Shown here piece after piece: positions 19,102-28,708 of a stretch of 64,000 nucleotides of DNA. Made by a program: the position numbers and the translations under genes. The notes below the pieces were generated by a model that made no database searches, had not been told where the DNA came from, and saw nothing but the letters and a program-made list of their open reading frames with translations. Numbering within the stretch: the stretch's first letter is position 1; each line of letters starts with the position of its first letter. The stretch lies in IMG/VR virus record IMGVR_UViG_3300011386_000023. One strand, written 5' to 3'. This stretch comes from an uncultured virus (IMG/VR IMGVR_UViG_3300011386_000023). Lineage: Duplodnaviria; Heunggongvirae; Uroviricota; Caudoviricetes.

Positions 19102-20145
19102 CTATGCAAGCATGTTAAGTGCCTGTTCCAATCCTCGTTGTTTGATCGATACGCCAGCACCAAACCAAGCTGAATCAAGTCGGTGATCGGTACTCATGGC
19201 ACGACGTTCGTGGTCTATAAATTCCGTGATTGAACACAGTAATCCATAGGCTGTTCCTTTGGCTGAACTTAGCTCCGCACCTCGTCCTTGACCATTAAAC
19301 ATTTCCATAGCTCGACTCATCGATCTCGCATTTGGTTCAGCTTTGTCCTTGCCATTGGCTTGGGCTTGCAAGGCTACATCACGGTAGAACTGAATGATGT
19401 TATCCTCCTGATCTAATACGTTGTTCATGGTGCTGTTATTGAATACTGCATCAAAGTAAGCGGATGCTTCCATCTGACTCACCTTACGTTGTGTCAGTTG
19501 CTTCATTTCATACATGTGTTCATCCCATGCACGTACTGAAATACCCAATTGCTGTTTGACCCTATCTGCATCAAATTTAGTACTGTGTGGAACTTTGACC
19601 ACACCTGCACTGCTGTTCTGTCCTTTTAAGGCAATCGCTAAAGTGTTGTTACACACCACTCGGATCGAGGTAAATTGTGCGGTGGTGGCAAGGGTTCCGT
19701 CACATGCTGTTGCCAAGAGCATATAGCCATTACTGACATCTTTGCCCTTTAATATGGATGTTTGCCCTGTCCGAGCCAGTGCCCAGAATTTCTTACCACC
19801 TTTAAGCACGCCTGCGGTTTCAAGCTCAAAGCCTGATTGTTCAGTCAAGTCACGATAGAATTCTAAAATCTCTCGTGGTTGAACTTCCTGAAAGCGTTGG
19901 CTAACGACTGATAGTGGTGCATGGGTGTCTGAACGATAAAGCACTCGCTGTTCTTCATAAGGTATGATGATACTTTGCCCACGTTCATTCTGTGCCATAT
20001 AACTGACATTGGAAGACTCAATCCGCCAGTCCATGCCTGCCTGCTGTGCCCAGACTTCAATCGGTTGGTTTTGACTTAGTTGATTACCTAGACCATGCCA
20101 AGGGGTATCACCGACATAAGCCATTTGTTCAAGTTGATGTGCCAT
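19102..20145 (-). CDS. DUF932 domain protein
   Basis: MAYVGDTPWHGLG, ETAGVLKGGKKFWALA, TSIRVVCNNTL, SAWFG. Confidence 0.92.
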   Translation of the reverse strand: MAHQLEQMAYVGDTPWHGLGNQLSQNQPIEVWAQQAGMDWRIESSNVSYMAQNERGQSIIIPYEEQRVLYRSDTHAPLSVVSQRFQEVQPREILEFYRDLTEQSGFELETAGVLKGGKKFWALARTGQTSILKGKDVSNGYMLLATACDGTLATTAQFTSIRVVCNNTLAIALKGQNSSAGVVKVPHSTKFDADRVKQQLGISVRAWDEHMYEMKQLTQRKVSQMEASAYFDAVFNNSTMNNVLDQEDNIIQFYRDVALQAQANGKDKAEPNARSMSRAMEMFNGQGRGAELSSAKGTAYGLLCSITEFIDHERRAMSTDHRLDSAWFGAGVSIKQRGLEQALNMLA

Positions 20146-20203
20146 AGTTATATTCCTTTTAAATTGAAAATGAAATTTGAATCTGTATGGATATGAATAT
20201 TCT

Positions 20204-20491
20204 TTAGTGCAAAAGATGAGTTGGAAATTTTTGGTAGCAGTTGTGGCAAAAGCACAAATTCTGCTGTGATGGTGTGCTTTGTTCAGTGAATGAATTCAAC
20301 ACACTACCCAATACTGTTCCTGCAATTCCACCGACAATCGGTGGCAGATTGAAAGACTTTGCGACCGTGGTTCCCAATGCACCCAATGTGGTCGGTGTGA
20401 CCAAATTGGTTAAGGTTGTATTTGATTGTTGTGTACTTGCTTCAACCAATATCACATTCGTTGAATGACAAAAGGGACAGCTCAAGCTCAT
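20204..20491 (-). CDS. Small Zn-ribbon protein with central glycine-zipper hydrophobic segment
   Basis: CPFCHS ... GGIAGTVLGSV ... CHNCYQKF; AAGGAG RBS. Confidence 0.75.
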   Translation of the reverse strand: MSLSCPFCHSTNVILVEASTQQSNTTLTNLVTPTTLGALGTTVAKSFNLPPIVGGIAGTVLGSVLNSFTEQSTPSQQNLCFCHNCYQKFPTHLLH

Positions 20492-20517
20492 GGCTCGACT
20501 CCTTAAATTTTGGGTAC

Positions 20518-20543
20518 AAAAAAGCCTGCTCGAAGGCAGGCTC
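20518..20543 (-). terminator. Terminator-like hairpin immediately upstream of the 95-aa ORF
   Basis: Minus strand AGCCTGCC-TTCG-AGCAGGCTTTTTT. Confidence 0.6.
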
Positions 20544-20698
20544 TGTTTTCATATTTTCATGTGATCTCAAAAGAGCTTCATGATTCTCATTAGGATGTTA
20601 TGTATGTGAAATTATTTGGAATGAATTAAAATTTACTTTTCAATTAGTAAATGATCTCTCCAATTTTTTAAATACAACTATTGATATTATTCCAACAC

Positions 20699-22846
20699 TC
20701 AAGCAGGTTTAAGCTGATGAGAAAGATTAGGCTGTGCTGAACCGGGTTTAGCAAGTTCTCTATAAATATCTAATTGACGATTAATCTCATTAATTTTTGA
20801 CTGTAGATCAACTGCTATAAAACTACTTGATTCACCAATAGCCACCCAACCAGCTTGAACTTTTTCCATTTCATTACCTTTTTGCAACTTATGTAAGATC
20901 CATTGGTTCAGATGATAAGCACGCATATAGGCTTCATGTTGATAGATCAATAAAGTACTAAAAACAATAATACGATCAGCATTATTCAACATATGAGTTT
21001 CAAAACTTTGTAGCTGTTTGAATAGCATATTTGTTCGATGGATCAATAAATTTTCATTGAACCACGCTGCAAATTCAATGAGTAATTTCACTACTATATC
21101 TCTCTGATTACACAAAGCTTCTCGATTCATACTATTTGCACCCGTAGAACCAGCAACACCTCCCATATATGCACCAATACCACCCACAACAATGACTCCG
21201 ACACCACCTGTAGCAAGACCTGCTAATGTGCCGAGCAGCATTGATCCTGCCATTGCACCTCCAGCAATGGCAGCAGTTTCTTTGCCAACATTTTTTAAGT
21301 ATTGCTCGCCATCCACTTTACCAGAATTAAAATCACCATAATTACGATATGCCGCTAAACCAATCGTTAATAGTGGGATTGGTAGCATATCTCCTACACC
21401 AGCAAAATCTGCAATCCCCTCTAGTCCTGCATCTGTAGTTTCCTGAACTGCTTCATAGCTTAAAGCTGTATCCACTAACACCATCGGATGATTACCTAGC
21501 TGCTCCGCAAGTTCACTGTTCACAATTACTGGAATATCAGGATACTTATCAAAATGACTTAATACATAGTCAGCATCCATTGAGCACTTAACTTGCATCG
21601 GTGTACCATCAACAATCAAATCATAACCTGCTTGATTTGCACTATTTGGGAACTCAACGGTATGTCCTTGTTGTTGTAAATTCAGTGCAACCTGTTGTTC
21701 AGCAACATAACCAGTTAAACGTGTCACTGCTCCTGCACTATCTAGTGTGTTCGCTGAAATGTCTTGTAAAGTATTAAAGTTCTCAGGATTTCCTTTTGAT
21801 GCAAAGCTCAATGCATCTAATACAGATGGATCAATATGTGCATAGTCCCAAATTAAGCCTAAAGAATATGTGGATGTCATTAAGCCTACCCCCATCTTTA
21901 GTCCTTGATCTGATAATATTTTTTCGAGCTCTTTTTGTGCTTTTTGATTTTGATTAAGACACTCAACAATTTTTTGATTTTTCAAAAGTTTGGGGGCACT
22001 CGCAATAATTCCCTCACTATATGGAATCTGCGAATCACGCCCTCCAAAAAATGCACCAACTCCCTTACTAAAACTATTTAGCCCACGTCCCATGTCAGCT
22101 AAGAAATTAGTATCTTCAGGACGAGTTGCAATAACGTCTTCTGGTAAAAGGGCTGTTATAGCACGATTGAGTAGATTCCCTTGTAAAGCTCTATCTTTCG
22201 CATCGTCTATAGAGCAAAGTAAATATATAGCATATTGCAAATCACCAAACTCTCCTTTTTCCTGATTATAGATAACATTCTTCCGCATTATTAAGCATTC
22301 AAGATAATCAAAATATAATGTTTCTTGATAAGGACAATGCTCAAAATAGTATTCAAACTTTTCTATAGCGCTAGTATAGATTTCACTACGTTTGTACACT
22401 ATCGCCTGTGCTTTAATGACAGCATTGCTAGGCTCACGCTCAAATAAAATTTTTAAGATCTCTCGACTAATCTGTAAATGTTCACTTTTTTCAATCTTCG
22501 ATAAATACCGACTGACTAATTCAGAAATATTCATCGACGCTTGATGCTTGAGTTTGAATAAAATACATTGCTCTAACCAAGCATAATTTTTTGCATGCCC
22601 CTGATAGTGAGGGATAAATACAGTTTCAATCAATTCAACCAATTCTAAAGAAACGCCAATTTCCTCAGATGAATTGATAGAAAATTCCCATTTTTGTGGA
22701 ATAGTCACACTAAATAAGCGAGAGAAAAACCCCGAATTAAGATCAGCTTTTTCTTGAGTAACTAACATCAACATATCTTCTGGAGTAAGTGTATGTTTTT
22801 GAATTTTAATTCTATCTAGTCGTACTTTAAGTAATTTAAAATTCAT
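20699..22846 (-). CDS. 715-aa protein: helical N-terminus, PD-(D/E)xK-like motif, glycine-rich hydrophobic helices
   Basis: GYVAEQQVA..GHTV..NQAGYDLIVDGTPMQVK; GAMAGSMLLGTLAGLATGGVGVIVVGGIGAYMGGVAG. Confidence 0.75.
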   Translation of the reverse strand: MNFKLLKVRLDRIKIQKHTLTPEDMLMLVTQEKADLNSGFFSRLFSVTIPQKWEFSINSSEEIGVSLELVELIETVFIPHYQGHAKNYAWLEQCILFKLKHQASMNISELVSRYLSKIEKSEHLQISREILKILFEREPSNAVIKAQAIVYKRSEIYTSAIEKFEYYFEHCPYQETLYFDYLECLIMRKNVIYNQEKGEFGDLQYAIYLLCSIDDAKDRALQGNLLNRAITALLPEDVIATRPEDTNFLADMGRGLNSFSKGVGAFFGGRDSQIPYSEGIIASAPKLLKNQKIVECLNQNQKAQKELEKILSDQGLKMGVGLMTSTYSLGLIWDYAHIDPSVLDALSFASKGNPENFNTLQDISANTLDSAGAVTRLTGYVAEQQVALNLQQQGHTVEFPNSANQAGYDLIVDGTPMQVKCSMDADYVLSHFDKYPDIPVIVNSELAEQLGNHPMVLVDTALSYEAVQETTDAGLEGIADFAGVGDMLPIPLLTIGLAAYRNYGDFNSGKVDGEQYLKNVGKETAAIAGGAMAGSMLLGTLAGLATGGVGVIVVGGIGAYMGGVAGSTGANSMNREALCNQRDIVVKLLIEFAAWFNENLLIHRTNMLFKQLQSFETHMLNNADRIIVFSTLLIYQHEAYMRAYHLNQWILHKLQKGNEMEKVQAGWVAIGESSSFIAVDLQSKINEINRQLDIYRELAKPGSAQPNLSHQLKPA

Positions 22847-22983
22847 ATATCCCCCTAATTTTTTGAATTTTTAGATAATTTACTATTTTAGACATCAGAA
22901 TTATATTACTTAAAATTGAAAAAGTACTAATATATTAAAAACAATAAAATTATTGATTTATTTATATATTTTCATAACTTCGA

Positions 22984-23012
22984 TTGACTAAACTCACCCT
23001 TAATTTTATCAT
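22984..23012 (+). promoter_or_regulatory. Sigma70-type promoter for the C4 RNA leader
   Basis: TTGACT-N17-TATCAT. Confidence 0.75.
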
Positions 23013-23042
23013 TCGCCTGCTGACCTACATCGTCAGTCGGTT

Positions 23043-23064
23043 TTGACAGACCGTTTACAAAAGG
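23043..23064 (+). promoter_or_regulatory. C4 target site a1/b1
   Basis: TTGACAGAC (23043-51) and TACAAAAGG (23056-64) are complementary to GTCTGTCAA and CCTTTTGTA in the RNA at 23117-23195. Confidence 0.75.
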
Positions 23065-23116
23065 CGCACAACAACGCTGTGATGGTTTTGTGCGTTCTCT
23101 TAAGTCACATCTTTAC

Positions 23117-23195
23117 GGTGAGACTGGGAGGGGCACGCTTGCGTGCGCTGATTTCCTTTTGTATCAGTCTGTCAACCCGCCCAGTCTTGCCACCA
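23117..23195 (+). ncRNA. C4-family antisense RNA (P1 C4 / P4 CI type)
   Basis: Closing stem GGTGAGACTGGGAGGG / CCCGCCCAGTCTTGCC, small GCACGC-TT-GCGTGC hairpin, GCTGAT-loop-ATCAGT hairpin, 3' ACCA; two complementary target pairs flank it. Confidence 0.82.
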
Positions 23196-23199
23196 TTAT

Positions 23200-23240
23200 T
23201 TGACAGTAATTTGGTAAGACTCTCTTTCATACAAAAGGAG
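23200..23240 (+). promoter_or_regulatory. C4 target site a2/b2; b2 overlaps the RBS of a short ORF
   Basis: TTGACAG (23200-06) and ATACAAAAGGAG (23229-40). Confidence 0.75.
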
Positions 23241-23248
23241 TAGTCGCC

Positions 23249-23314
23249 ATGACTCAGCACTTTCTACCTTTATTATTTTCCCTAAAACGATTTTCTATTC
23301 CTCTCTTGCATTAG
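23249..23314 (+). CDS. 21-aa leader-like peptide MTQHFLPLLFFLKRFSIPLLH (not in ORF track)
   Basis: AAGGAG RBS 8 nt upstream, inside C4 target b2. Confidence 0.5.
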   Translation: MTQHFLPLLFSLKRFSIPLLH

Positions 23315-23448
23315 CAGCATTCATAAATTTTTGCTTATTTGAATGATCTAAACGCTATCTAGCCTTAGACGGTTTTGTTGCATCTACACGCTAGTCCATT
23401 CAGCAAAATTTATTACACATCAAATAACACAATAAAAAATTAGGGGAA

Positions 23449-23706
23449 ATGATGAAAATGCTTACTTCGCTTGTACTCACCTCACTTGTCATGATGACAT
23501 CAGGCTGTGCCAGTAAAACCGAACGTCAGTTTATTAGTGGTTGTAAAACAGGCGGCATTGATGGCAATACCTGTTCATGTATCTACGACAAACTTGAAAA
23601 TAAATATGGGGAAGATGGGCTTAAAGAAAACCTCTACACCCTTCAACAAACTGAATCCTTCCAAATGGATATGGTCAATGTGTCCTATCAATGCATGAAG
23701 GAATAA
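23449..23706 (+). CDS. Small Cys-containing lipoprotein
   Basis: Signal peptide ending TSGC; GC..G...CSC motif. Confidence 0.8.
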   Translation: MMKMLTSLVLTSLVMMTSGCASKTERQFISGCKTGGIDGNTCSCIYDKLENKYGEDGLKENLYTLQQTESFQMDMVNVSYQCMKE

Positions 23707-23708
23707 CC

Positions 23709-23837
23709 ATGAGAACACTCGCTGGCATCATCTGCATCATTGCAGTGATTTGCTTTTTAGGTTTGCCATTTATTGGCTTCATGATCGTAATGGGAATTTT
23801 TATTGCATTAGCAAAATATGCAACTGGGGGGAAGTAA
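23709..23837 (+). CDS. 42-aa hydrophobic membrane peptide (not in ORF track)
   Basis: MRTLAGIICIIAVICFLGLPFIGFMIVMGIFIALAKYATGGK; AAGGA RBS; exactly fills the gap between its neighbours. Confidence 0.7.
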   Translation: MRTLAGIICIIAVICFLGLPFIGFMIVMGIFIALAKYATGGK

Positions 23838-24065
23838 ATGAATTCAAATATTAAGACATGGGTAATTAGTAGCTACTTGGTGATTGGTTTTTTCTTTGCC
23901 ATCTATCAGCACTTTTGGGGGCAGTATAACTACAAGCCATTTACTTACAATTTGGGGCAAGGCTTAGTGTGGCCTGCGGTAATGTTTCCAGTCATCGGTA
24001 AAATTATAGGTGGTATCTTGATCCTATTATTCATTTGGTTCGTTGTTATTCGACCTAAGTTATAA
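23838..24065 (+). CDS. Small membrane protein
   Basis: Two hydrophobic segments; ATG directly follows the upstream stop. Confidence 0.75.
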   Translation: MNSNIKTWVISSYLVIGFFFAIYQHFWGQYNYKPFTYNLGQGLVWPAVMFPVIGKIIGGILILLFIWFVVIRPKL

Positions 24066-24077
24066 TGGAGTGCAATC

Positions 24078-24734
24078 ATGAAAAAAATTCTTTCCACTGT
24101 AGCACTTTCGACTTTACTGCTCGCTTGTAGTCAAAACAATCAGCCAGCTCAACAAAGTGCTCCAGATCAGGCTGAACACAGCTCATCCAATACTGCTACA
24201 CAAAAGGAGCAATCTAAATATGCTCCATATAGCAAGGAAGAGGTTGAAGCCAAGGTACAAGCCTTAACTCAGATTGTAGAAAATGATACCGAGTATTTGC
24301 CTGCTGCGGTCAAACAAGCTCAGTCATTTCTTGAGAGTTGGGAAAAATATCCTGAAGCGCTCAAATCCATGATGGAGTCAGATCTTGATCCAAACAATGC
24401 TGAATATAGCAATCATATTCCTATGGAAATGGAACAGCCTGCATTATCTGTTCGTGCTCAAATTACCAGCCGTGAGTCTCAATCTGCATTTAATGTACAA
24501 GGGGCAATTGAATATATTCTAGAAATTCAGTCGACCAACGATCAACCTTTTATTTTACAAGGTATGAGTATTAATCGTGGTCGTTGTGGTTATTACACCG
24601 CAGATTTCCATAGCAAGATGCCTGTGCAAATGAGCTACAGTTCAACTGTATCGTACTTGTTGAAATGTCGTGGTGATCAGGTACTTGAAGCTGAATTGAT
24701 GACCGACCAAGGCAATGTGAGTTTGTCTTTTTGA
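24078..24734 (+). CDS. Lipoprotein
   Basis: MKKILSTVALSTLLLAC lipobox, low-complexity linker, GGAG RBS. Confidence 0.85.
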   Translation: MKKILSTVALSTLLLACSQNNQPAQQSAPDQAEHSSSNTATQKEQSKYAPYSKEEVEAKVQALTQIVENDTEYLPAAVKQAQSFLESWEKYPEALKSMMESDLDPNNAEYSNHIPMEMEQPALSVRAQITSRESQSAFNVQGAIEYILEIQSTNDQPFILQGMSINRGRCGYYTADFHSKMPVQMSYSSTVSYLLKCRGDQVLEAELMTDQGNVSLSF

Positions 24735-24750
24735 TATCAAGCTATAAAAT

Positions 24751-24783
24751 AGAGAGAACACGGTTAATGCTGATGTTCTCTCT
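24751..24783. terminator. Hairpin between convergent genes
   Basis: AGAGAGAACA-N13-TGTTCTCTCT. Confidence 0.6.
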
Positions 24784-24793
24784 TCTAATAATA

Positions 24794-26173
24794 TTACTTA
24801 CGTTCACAAAAATGATAATCGCCTAATTTTTCTGAAATTTTATAAAAATCCACTAAATGAGATTTATCTTGAACGGAATTTTCTTGTTTTAATATTTGGG
24901 GTGATTGATATAACTTTTTTCTTCTCTCAAGATTCTTTCTAATTGACTCATGCTTTAGAGATAAACGTATCTCACTGTTGGTTAATTTTATTTCTACACC
25001 TTCCAATCCTTCTTTGTATGATGGATGCTCAAACTTATAACTACTATTTGATATTTTATTAAGTTCAGTAGTCAAAGCCGTATATAAAAATTTGTTAAAC
25101 CCATTTGGTTCAGATAGCCCATTTTTACAATATTCATCTTTTTTAAACATACAAAAATATTCGAGTATTAATGCTTCATATGCAACTAATGTAGACTTTT
25201 CTTTCATATTTGCATTTTTTTTCGAAGTTAGTTTTTTTGATAAAAATTCAAGAATTTCTTCCAGTTCTTCAATATTTTTCCAAATTTTTGATGTTAGGTT
25301 TTTATTCAATAGTAAGTACAGAGCATAATAATTTGAAAAAAATATTTCATGGAATGAAGAGTCTTCACCTATAGGAATTTGAAAATGTAAAATTCCTTCC
25401 TGCATTTCCACAATTTTATTTTCACTATCTCGCCCAACCAAGTTACTCCAAGACAGATGGTTCAATGGTTGCAGCAATACTGAACTAGCACCACGTTTCA
25501 ATGTATCTATTGGAGTGAGAAAATTAACTAAAGCATAGTAACCTTCGAAATTTTTCTCCCTATAAGATAGAGTCCGCAATCCCATAAAAAACTCTAAATA
25601 CATAGGAATTATATATTTATCTAAATCTAACTGAGTGCGATAGCTCAAAGCAGCTAAATCATAGCAACTAGCTAATTGCTGTACCTCTAAATATATAGCA
25701 TTAAAATCAGCATTATTTCTAATGTAAGAAAACACTTCAAAATAAGCTGAATGAAACTCTCTAGTCGAATTGAGATTAAACCAACTATGGATCGGATTCT
25801 TAAAATCTTGTCCATATTGAGCATTCCCCCAAAAACAGGCTATCACCTCGCAATTAAAATAATCTTGAGAATTCAGATTTAAGATTTGTTCTATCTTGCT
25901 CATAGATGGATGTAAGTTTTCCTCAATAGTAGCCCATGATTTTTGTAGGAATAAATTCAGAACGTATTCATTTATGTCTTTCAATGAGTTCACTAATTCA
26001 GGCTGAGATTTAAGTAGAGAAAAATAATCAAATTCTTGTTCAATAAAGCTTTGAGTACGTATTAGACATGCTGTCTTAAGCAGTTCTTTTTGCTTCTGAT
26101 TCATTTTTCCCCATTCGGAATTAGATCCGCTGTTTTTTGTCCGAAGACTTGCTGTTAATTTTGGCTTATTCAA
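24794..26173 (-). CDS. Hypothetical protein divergent from alpA (true start may be further downstream)
   Basis: 459-aa AT-rich ORF with no recognisable motif. Confidence 0.7.
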   Translation of the reverse strand: MNKPKLTASLRTKNSGSNSEWGKMNQKQKELLKTACLIRTQSFIEQEFDYFSLLKSQPELVNSLKDINEYVLNLFLQKSWATIEENLHPSMSKIEQILNLNSQDYFNCEVIACFWGNAQYGQDFKNPIHSWFNLNSTREFHSAYFEVFSYIRNNADFNAIYLEVQQLASCYDLAALSYRTQLDLDKYIIPMYLEFFMGLRTLSYREKNFEGYYALVNFLTPIDTLKRGASSVLLQPLNHLSWSNLVGRDSENKIVEMQEGILHFQIPIGEDSSFHEIFFSNYYALYLLLNKNLTSKIWKNIEELEEILEFLSKKLTSKKNANMKEKSTLVAYEALILEYFCMFKKDEYCKNGLSEPNGFNKFLYTALTTELNKISNSSYKFEHPSYKEGLEGVEIKLTNSEIRLSLKHESIRKNLERRKKLYQSPQILKQENSVQDKSHLVDFYKISEKLGDYHFCERK

Positions 26174-26190
26174 TCACGGAGTCAAACACC

Positions 26191-26418
26191 ATGCAATCAA
26201 ATATATATCCAAGACCAACCATCCTTCGACTCAAAGAAGTAATTGGCTTTACGGGGGTAAGTCGTTCAGTTATATATGAAAAATTAAATGAGAAATCGAA
26301 AAGTTACGATCCGTACTTTCCCAAACCCATCAAGCTCAGTTCGAATGCTGTGGGATGGTTTGAACATGAATTAATTAAGTGGCTTGAGCTTAAAGCTAAG
26401 CAACGTTTTATCTGCTAA
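26191..26418 (+). CDS. alpA: AlpA-family regulator/excisionase
   Basis: ILRLKEVIGFTGVSRSVIY..YDPYFPKPIKL..AVGWFEHELIKWL; ATG at 26191 after GGAG. Confidence 0.9.
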   Translation: MQSNIYPRPTILRLKEVIGFTGVSRSVIYEKLNEKSKSYDPYFPKPIKLSSNAVGWFEHELIKWLELKAKQRFIC

Positions 26419-26426
26419 CTTTCCAA

Positions 26427-26452
26427 ATCGACTTTCAACTGTGAAAGTCGAT
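26427..26452 (+). terminator. Hairpin after alpA
   Basis: ATCGACTTTCA-ACTG-TGAAAGTCGAT. Confidence 0.5.
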
Positions 26453-26704
26453 ATTCCTGAAGAATAGATGAAATGGATTGTCGGAATTATGGTTCCCATA
26501 TTTTTCAATAATTTAGGATTTTATATTTAATTAATAAGTACTAATAATCAATATATTCTATTGATAAACAATACATTTAATTAGATTTATTATTCATTCA
26601 ACAACTCTTCTAAAACCTATATCAAACATATCACGACTCATACCAAGGCTAACCATGCCTTGGTAGGGATTCACTTACTTAAAATTTACCTAAAAGGGCA
26701 TTAT

Positions 26705-27793
26705 ATGAACACAGACCTAAATGATTATCCTAATGATAATTATGAAAAATATTCCATACATAAGGTGGATGATAAAAGCATTGTAATAATTGATGATCCA
26801 GAAGCATTACAGAAGGATAGAATCATTCAACTTATAAAAAAAACGCACAAAGATGGAAAGTTTTTAATCTACGTTCTTCATCCCGATAAAAAGCAATCTT
26901 ACAAAATTAATCACAGGCCTTTACATGATGCATTAAAAAACATTGATCCACGATTTATATATGATGACACTTACTTAAGTGCTGAGACTGACCTATTTCG
27001 TAAGATATACATAGAGTGCTTCCCTGCACATATTGTAAATGATACATCTACAAACTTTTGGCAACTTGCTCACAATGAGCCAATAGCGATCAGCCCAACT
27101 CACTACAAGCCTAAAGCTCAAATTTTAAATGAGTTCTACCAACGTCTCTTCAAAGCATTATCTACTGATATAGACTATAAAAAAGCAGTAAAACTACGCA
27201 AAGAAAAAAGCTTAAATCAGAACAAGAAGGCTAAATGGCTAATCCGAAAATTAATTATTAAATTCAGTAAATTACTGGTAATTCGAATTGATTTCTCCAT
27301 CAATCGAAATTTTCAAATAACACTTGAACTACTGAAAGCATACATGAGCACTTTCTTAAAAAAGCTCCATACACCAAATGACGAAATACCTTCCATTGTC
27401 GGCTATATCTGGAAATTAGAGTATGGCATACAGAAAGGCTATCACTATCATTTTATTTTTTTTATGGATGGCAATATCTATTGGAATCATTCTTTCTATG
27501 CAGACCAACTCTGTAAATTATGGATGAGCATCAGTCAGAACAAAGGATATTACTATAACTGCAATAACAAAATGAAATCCTACAAAAAACTTGCACTTGG
27601 GATACTTGTGCATGATGACCATGAGAAAACTGAAACATTGTATTCGGTCGTAGATTACATCACCAAAGCCGACCAGTTCATTATCGAAAAAACGCTTAAG
27701 AACCATCGTACGTTTGGCTATAGCACTCGTAAGTATGAAAAAAGTAATGCTGGGAGACCTCGTAAGATCAACGCAGGATCAATATCAGTCTAA
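26705..27793 (+). CDS. YagK/YfjJ (inovirus Gp2 family) protein with HUH-like motif
   Basis: KLLVIRIDF, GYIWKLEYG..KGYHYHFIFFMDG, YITKAD, RTFG. Confidence 0.85.
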   Translation: MNTDLNDYPNDNYEKYSIHKVDDKSIVIIDDPEALQKDRIIQLIKKTHKDGKFLIYVLHPDKKQSYKINHRPLHDALKNIDPRFIYDDTYLSAETDLFRKIYIECFPAHIVNDTSTNFWQLAHNEPIAISPTHYKPKAQILNEFYQRLFKALSTDIDYKKAVKLRKEKSLNQNKKAKWLIRKLIIKFSKLLVIRIDFSINRNFQITLELLKAYMSTFLKKLHTPNDEIPSIVGYIWKLEYGIQKGYHYHFIFFMDGNIYWNHSFYADQLCKLWMSISQNKGYYYNCNNKMKSYKKLALGILVHDDHEKTETLYSVVDYITKADQFIIEKTLKNHRTFGYSTRKYEKSNAGRPRKINAGSISV

Positions 27794-27809
27794 TTCAAAA
27801 CATCCCACA

Positions 27810-27834
27810 GGTGCTCTCAACCTTAGAGAGCACC
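27810..27834 (+). terminator. Hairpin after the Gp2-family gene
   Basis: GGTGCTCTC-N7-GAGAGCACC. Confidence 0.5.
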
Positions 27835-27865
27835 AATACCTATATTTGAAAAAAACGAGACCATA

Positions 27866-28645
27866 ATGAACATGTCAATACAACCTACCAATACGACAGA
27901 AAGCATCAATCTACCTAATTTTTGTTTGGGTGAGTTAAACCTATCCATCATGCAAACAGTTTCAGAAATCGTGACGAATCCCAACTATCACCCTTTCAAG
28001 CAAAAAACCAAAAAAAATGGTCAGACATTTATCCAATACTATGTCAGTAATAGCCCACATACAGATCATGCTTTTTATTATTTGCAATCTATTTACCCCA
28101 TTAGTACTCCGCTATTACAACATCCTGCTTTCAAGATCAGTCAGAGTGTCAAGGCTATAAATCAGGCATATACGAATTTGCGTTACGTTTCGGATGGACC
28201 TATTAATCCAATGCTATTACACAATGAACATTATGTTGAGCAGATAAAACCTGGTGTAGATGCATTCGTATATGAATTGAAAAATCATTCAACCAGTAAA
28301 AGTGCAATTGACGATCGTGATAAGCGAATTACGTTAATCAAAGAAATACGCAAAGCAAATGTACCTGTGATGAAAAAGCTATTTAAAACTCAGCAACGGT
28401 TTAATCTTAATGTTTTCACTTATACATTTCACATGGAAAAATGTGAATTTCGTGATAAAGCATTTGTAGAACGAGGACTTGCGAAACAAATTTCAGATAT
28501 GATTGATCAATTTCATGAAAATCACGAATCAGAGATATTAGCTTTATTTTTTTGTGTGCAACGTAATTTATCAAATAACTACGTCTTAACTGTATATTGT
28601 GCTACAGAACGAGAATGCCAACCTCTTTCAATGAAAGATTGCTGA
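27866..28645 (+). pseudogene. Hypothetical island gene, probably truncated by prophage insertion
   Basis: Its TGA stop (28643-45) coincides with the predicted TG terminus of the prophage. Confidence 0.55.
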
Positions 28646-28708
28646 TGCGCGACGAGATAAATTCGGCTTTTTTTTGAGATAATTACCTTCCTATCTCGTT
28701 GCACATTA
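28643..28708. repeat. Predicted prophage terminus with inverted transposase-binding repeats
   Basis: TGATGCGCGACGAGATAA (28643-60) matches the reverse complement of 28691-708, TAATGTGCAACGAGATAG, at 14/18; extra TGAGATAATT at 28675-84. Confidence 0.65.

Larger units (their letters stand above)
1..28642. mobile_element. Integrative genomic island, P4/CP4-like (integrase, defence cargo, DUF932-YqaJ module, AlpA, YagK/YfjJ); left att outside window, right part interrupted by a Mu-like prophage
   Basis: P4-type integrase at 1-1191, AlpA and Gp2/YagK genes at the distal end, restriction cargo between them; no housekeeping genes. Confidence 0.85.

Noticed and set aside
23043..23243. 66-aa ORF (Ash-like) from the track
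   Set aside because: TTG start with no clear RBS, and it overlies the C4 RNA and its targets; the RNA explains the sequence better, though translation is not excluded.
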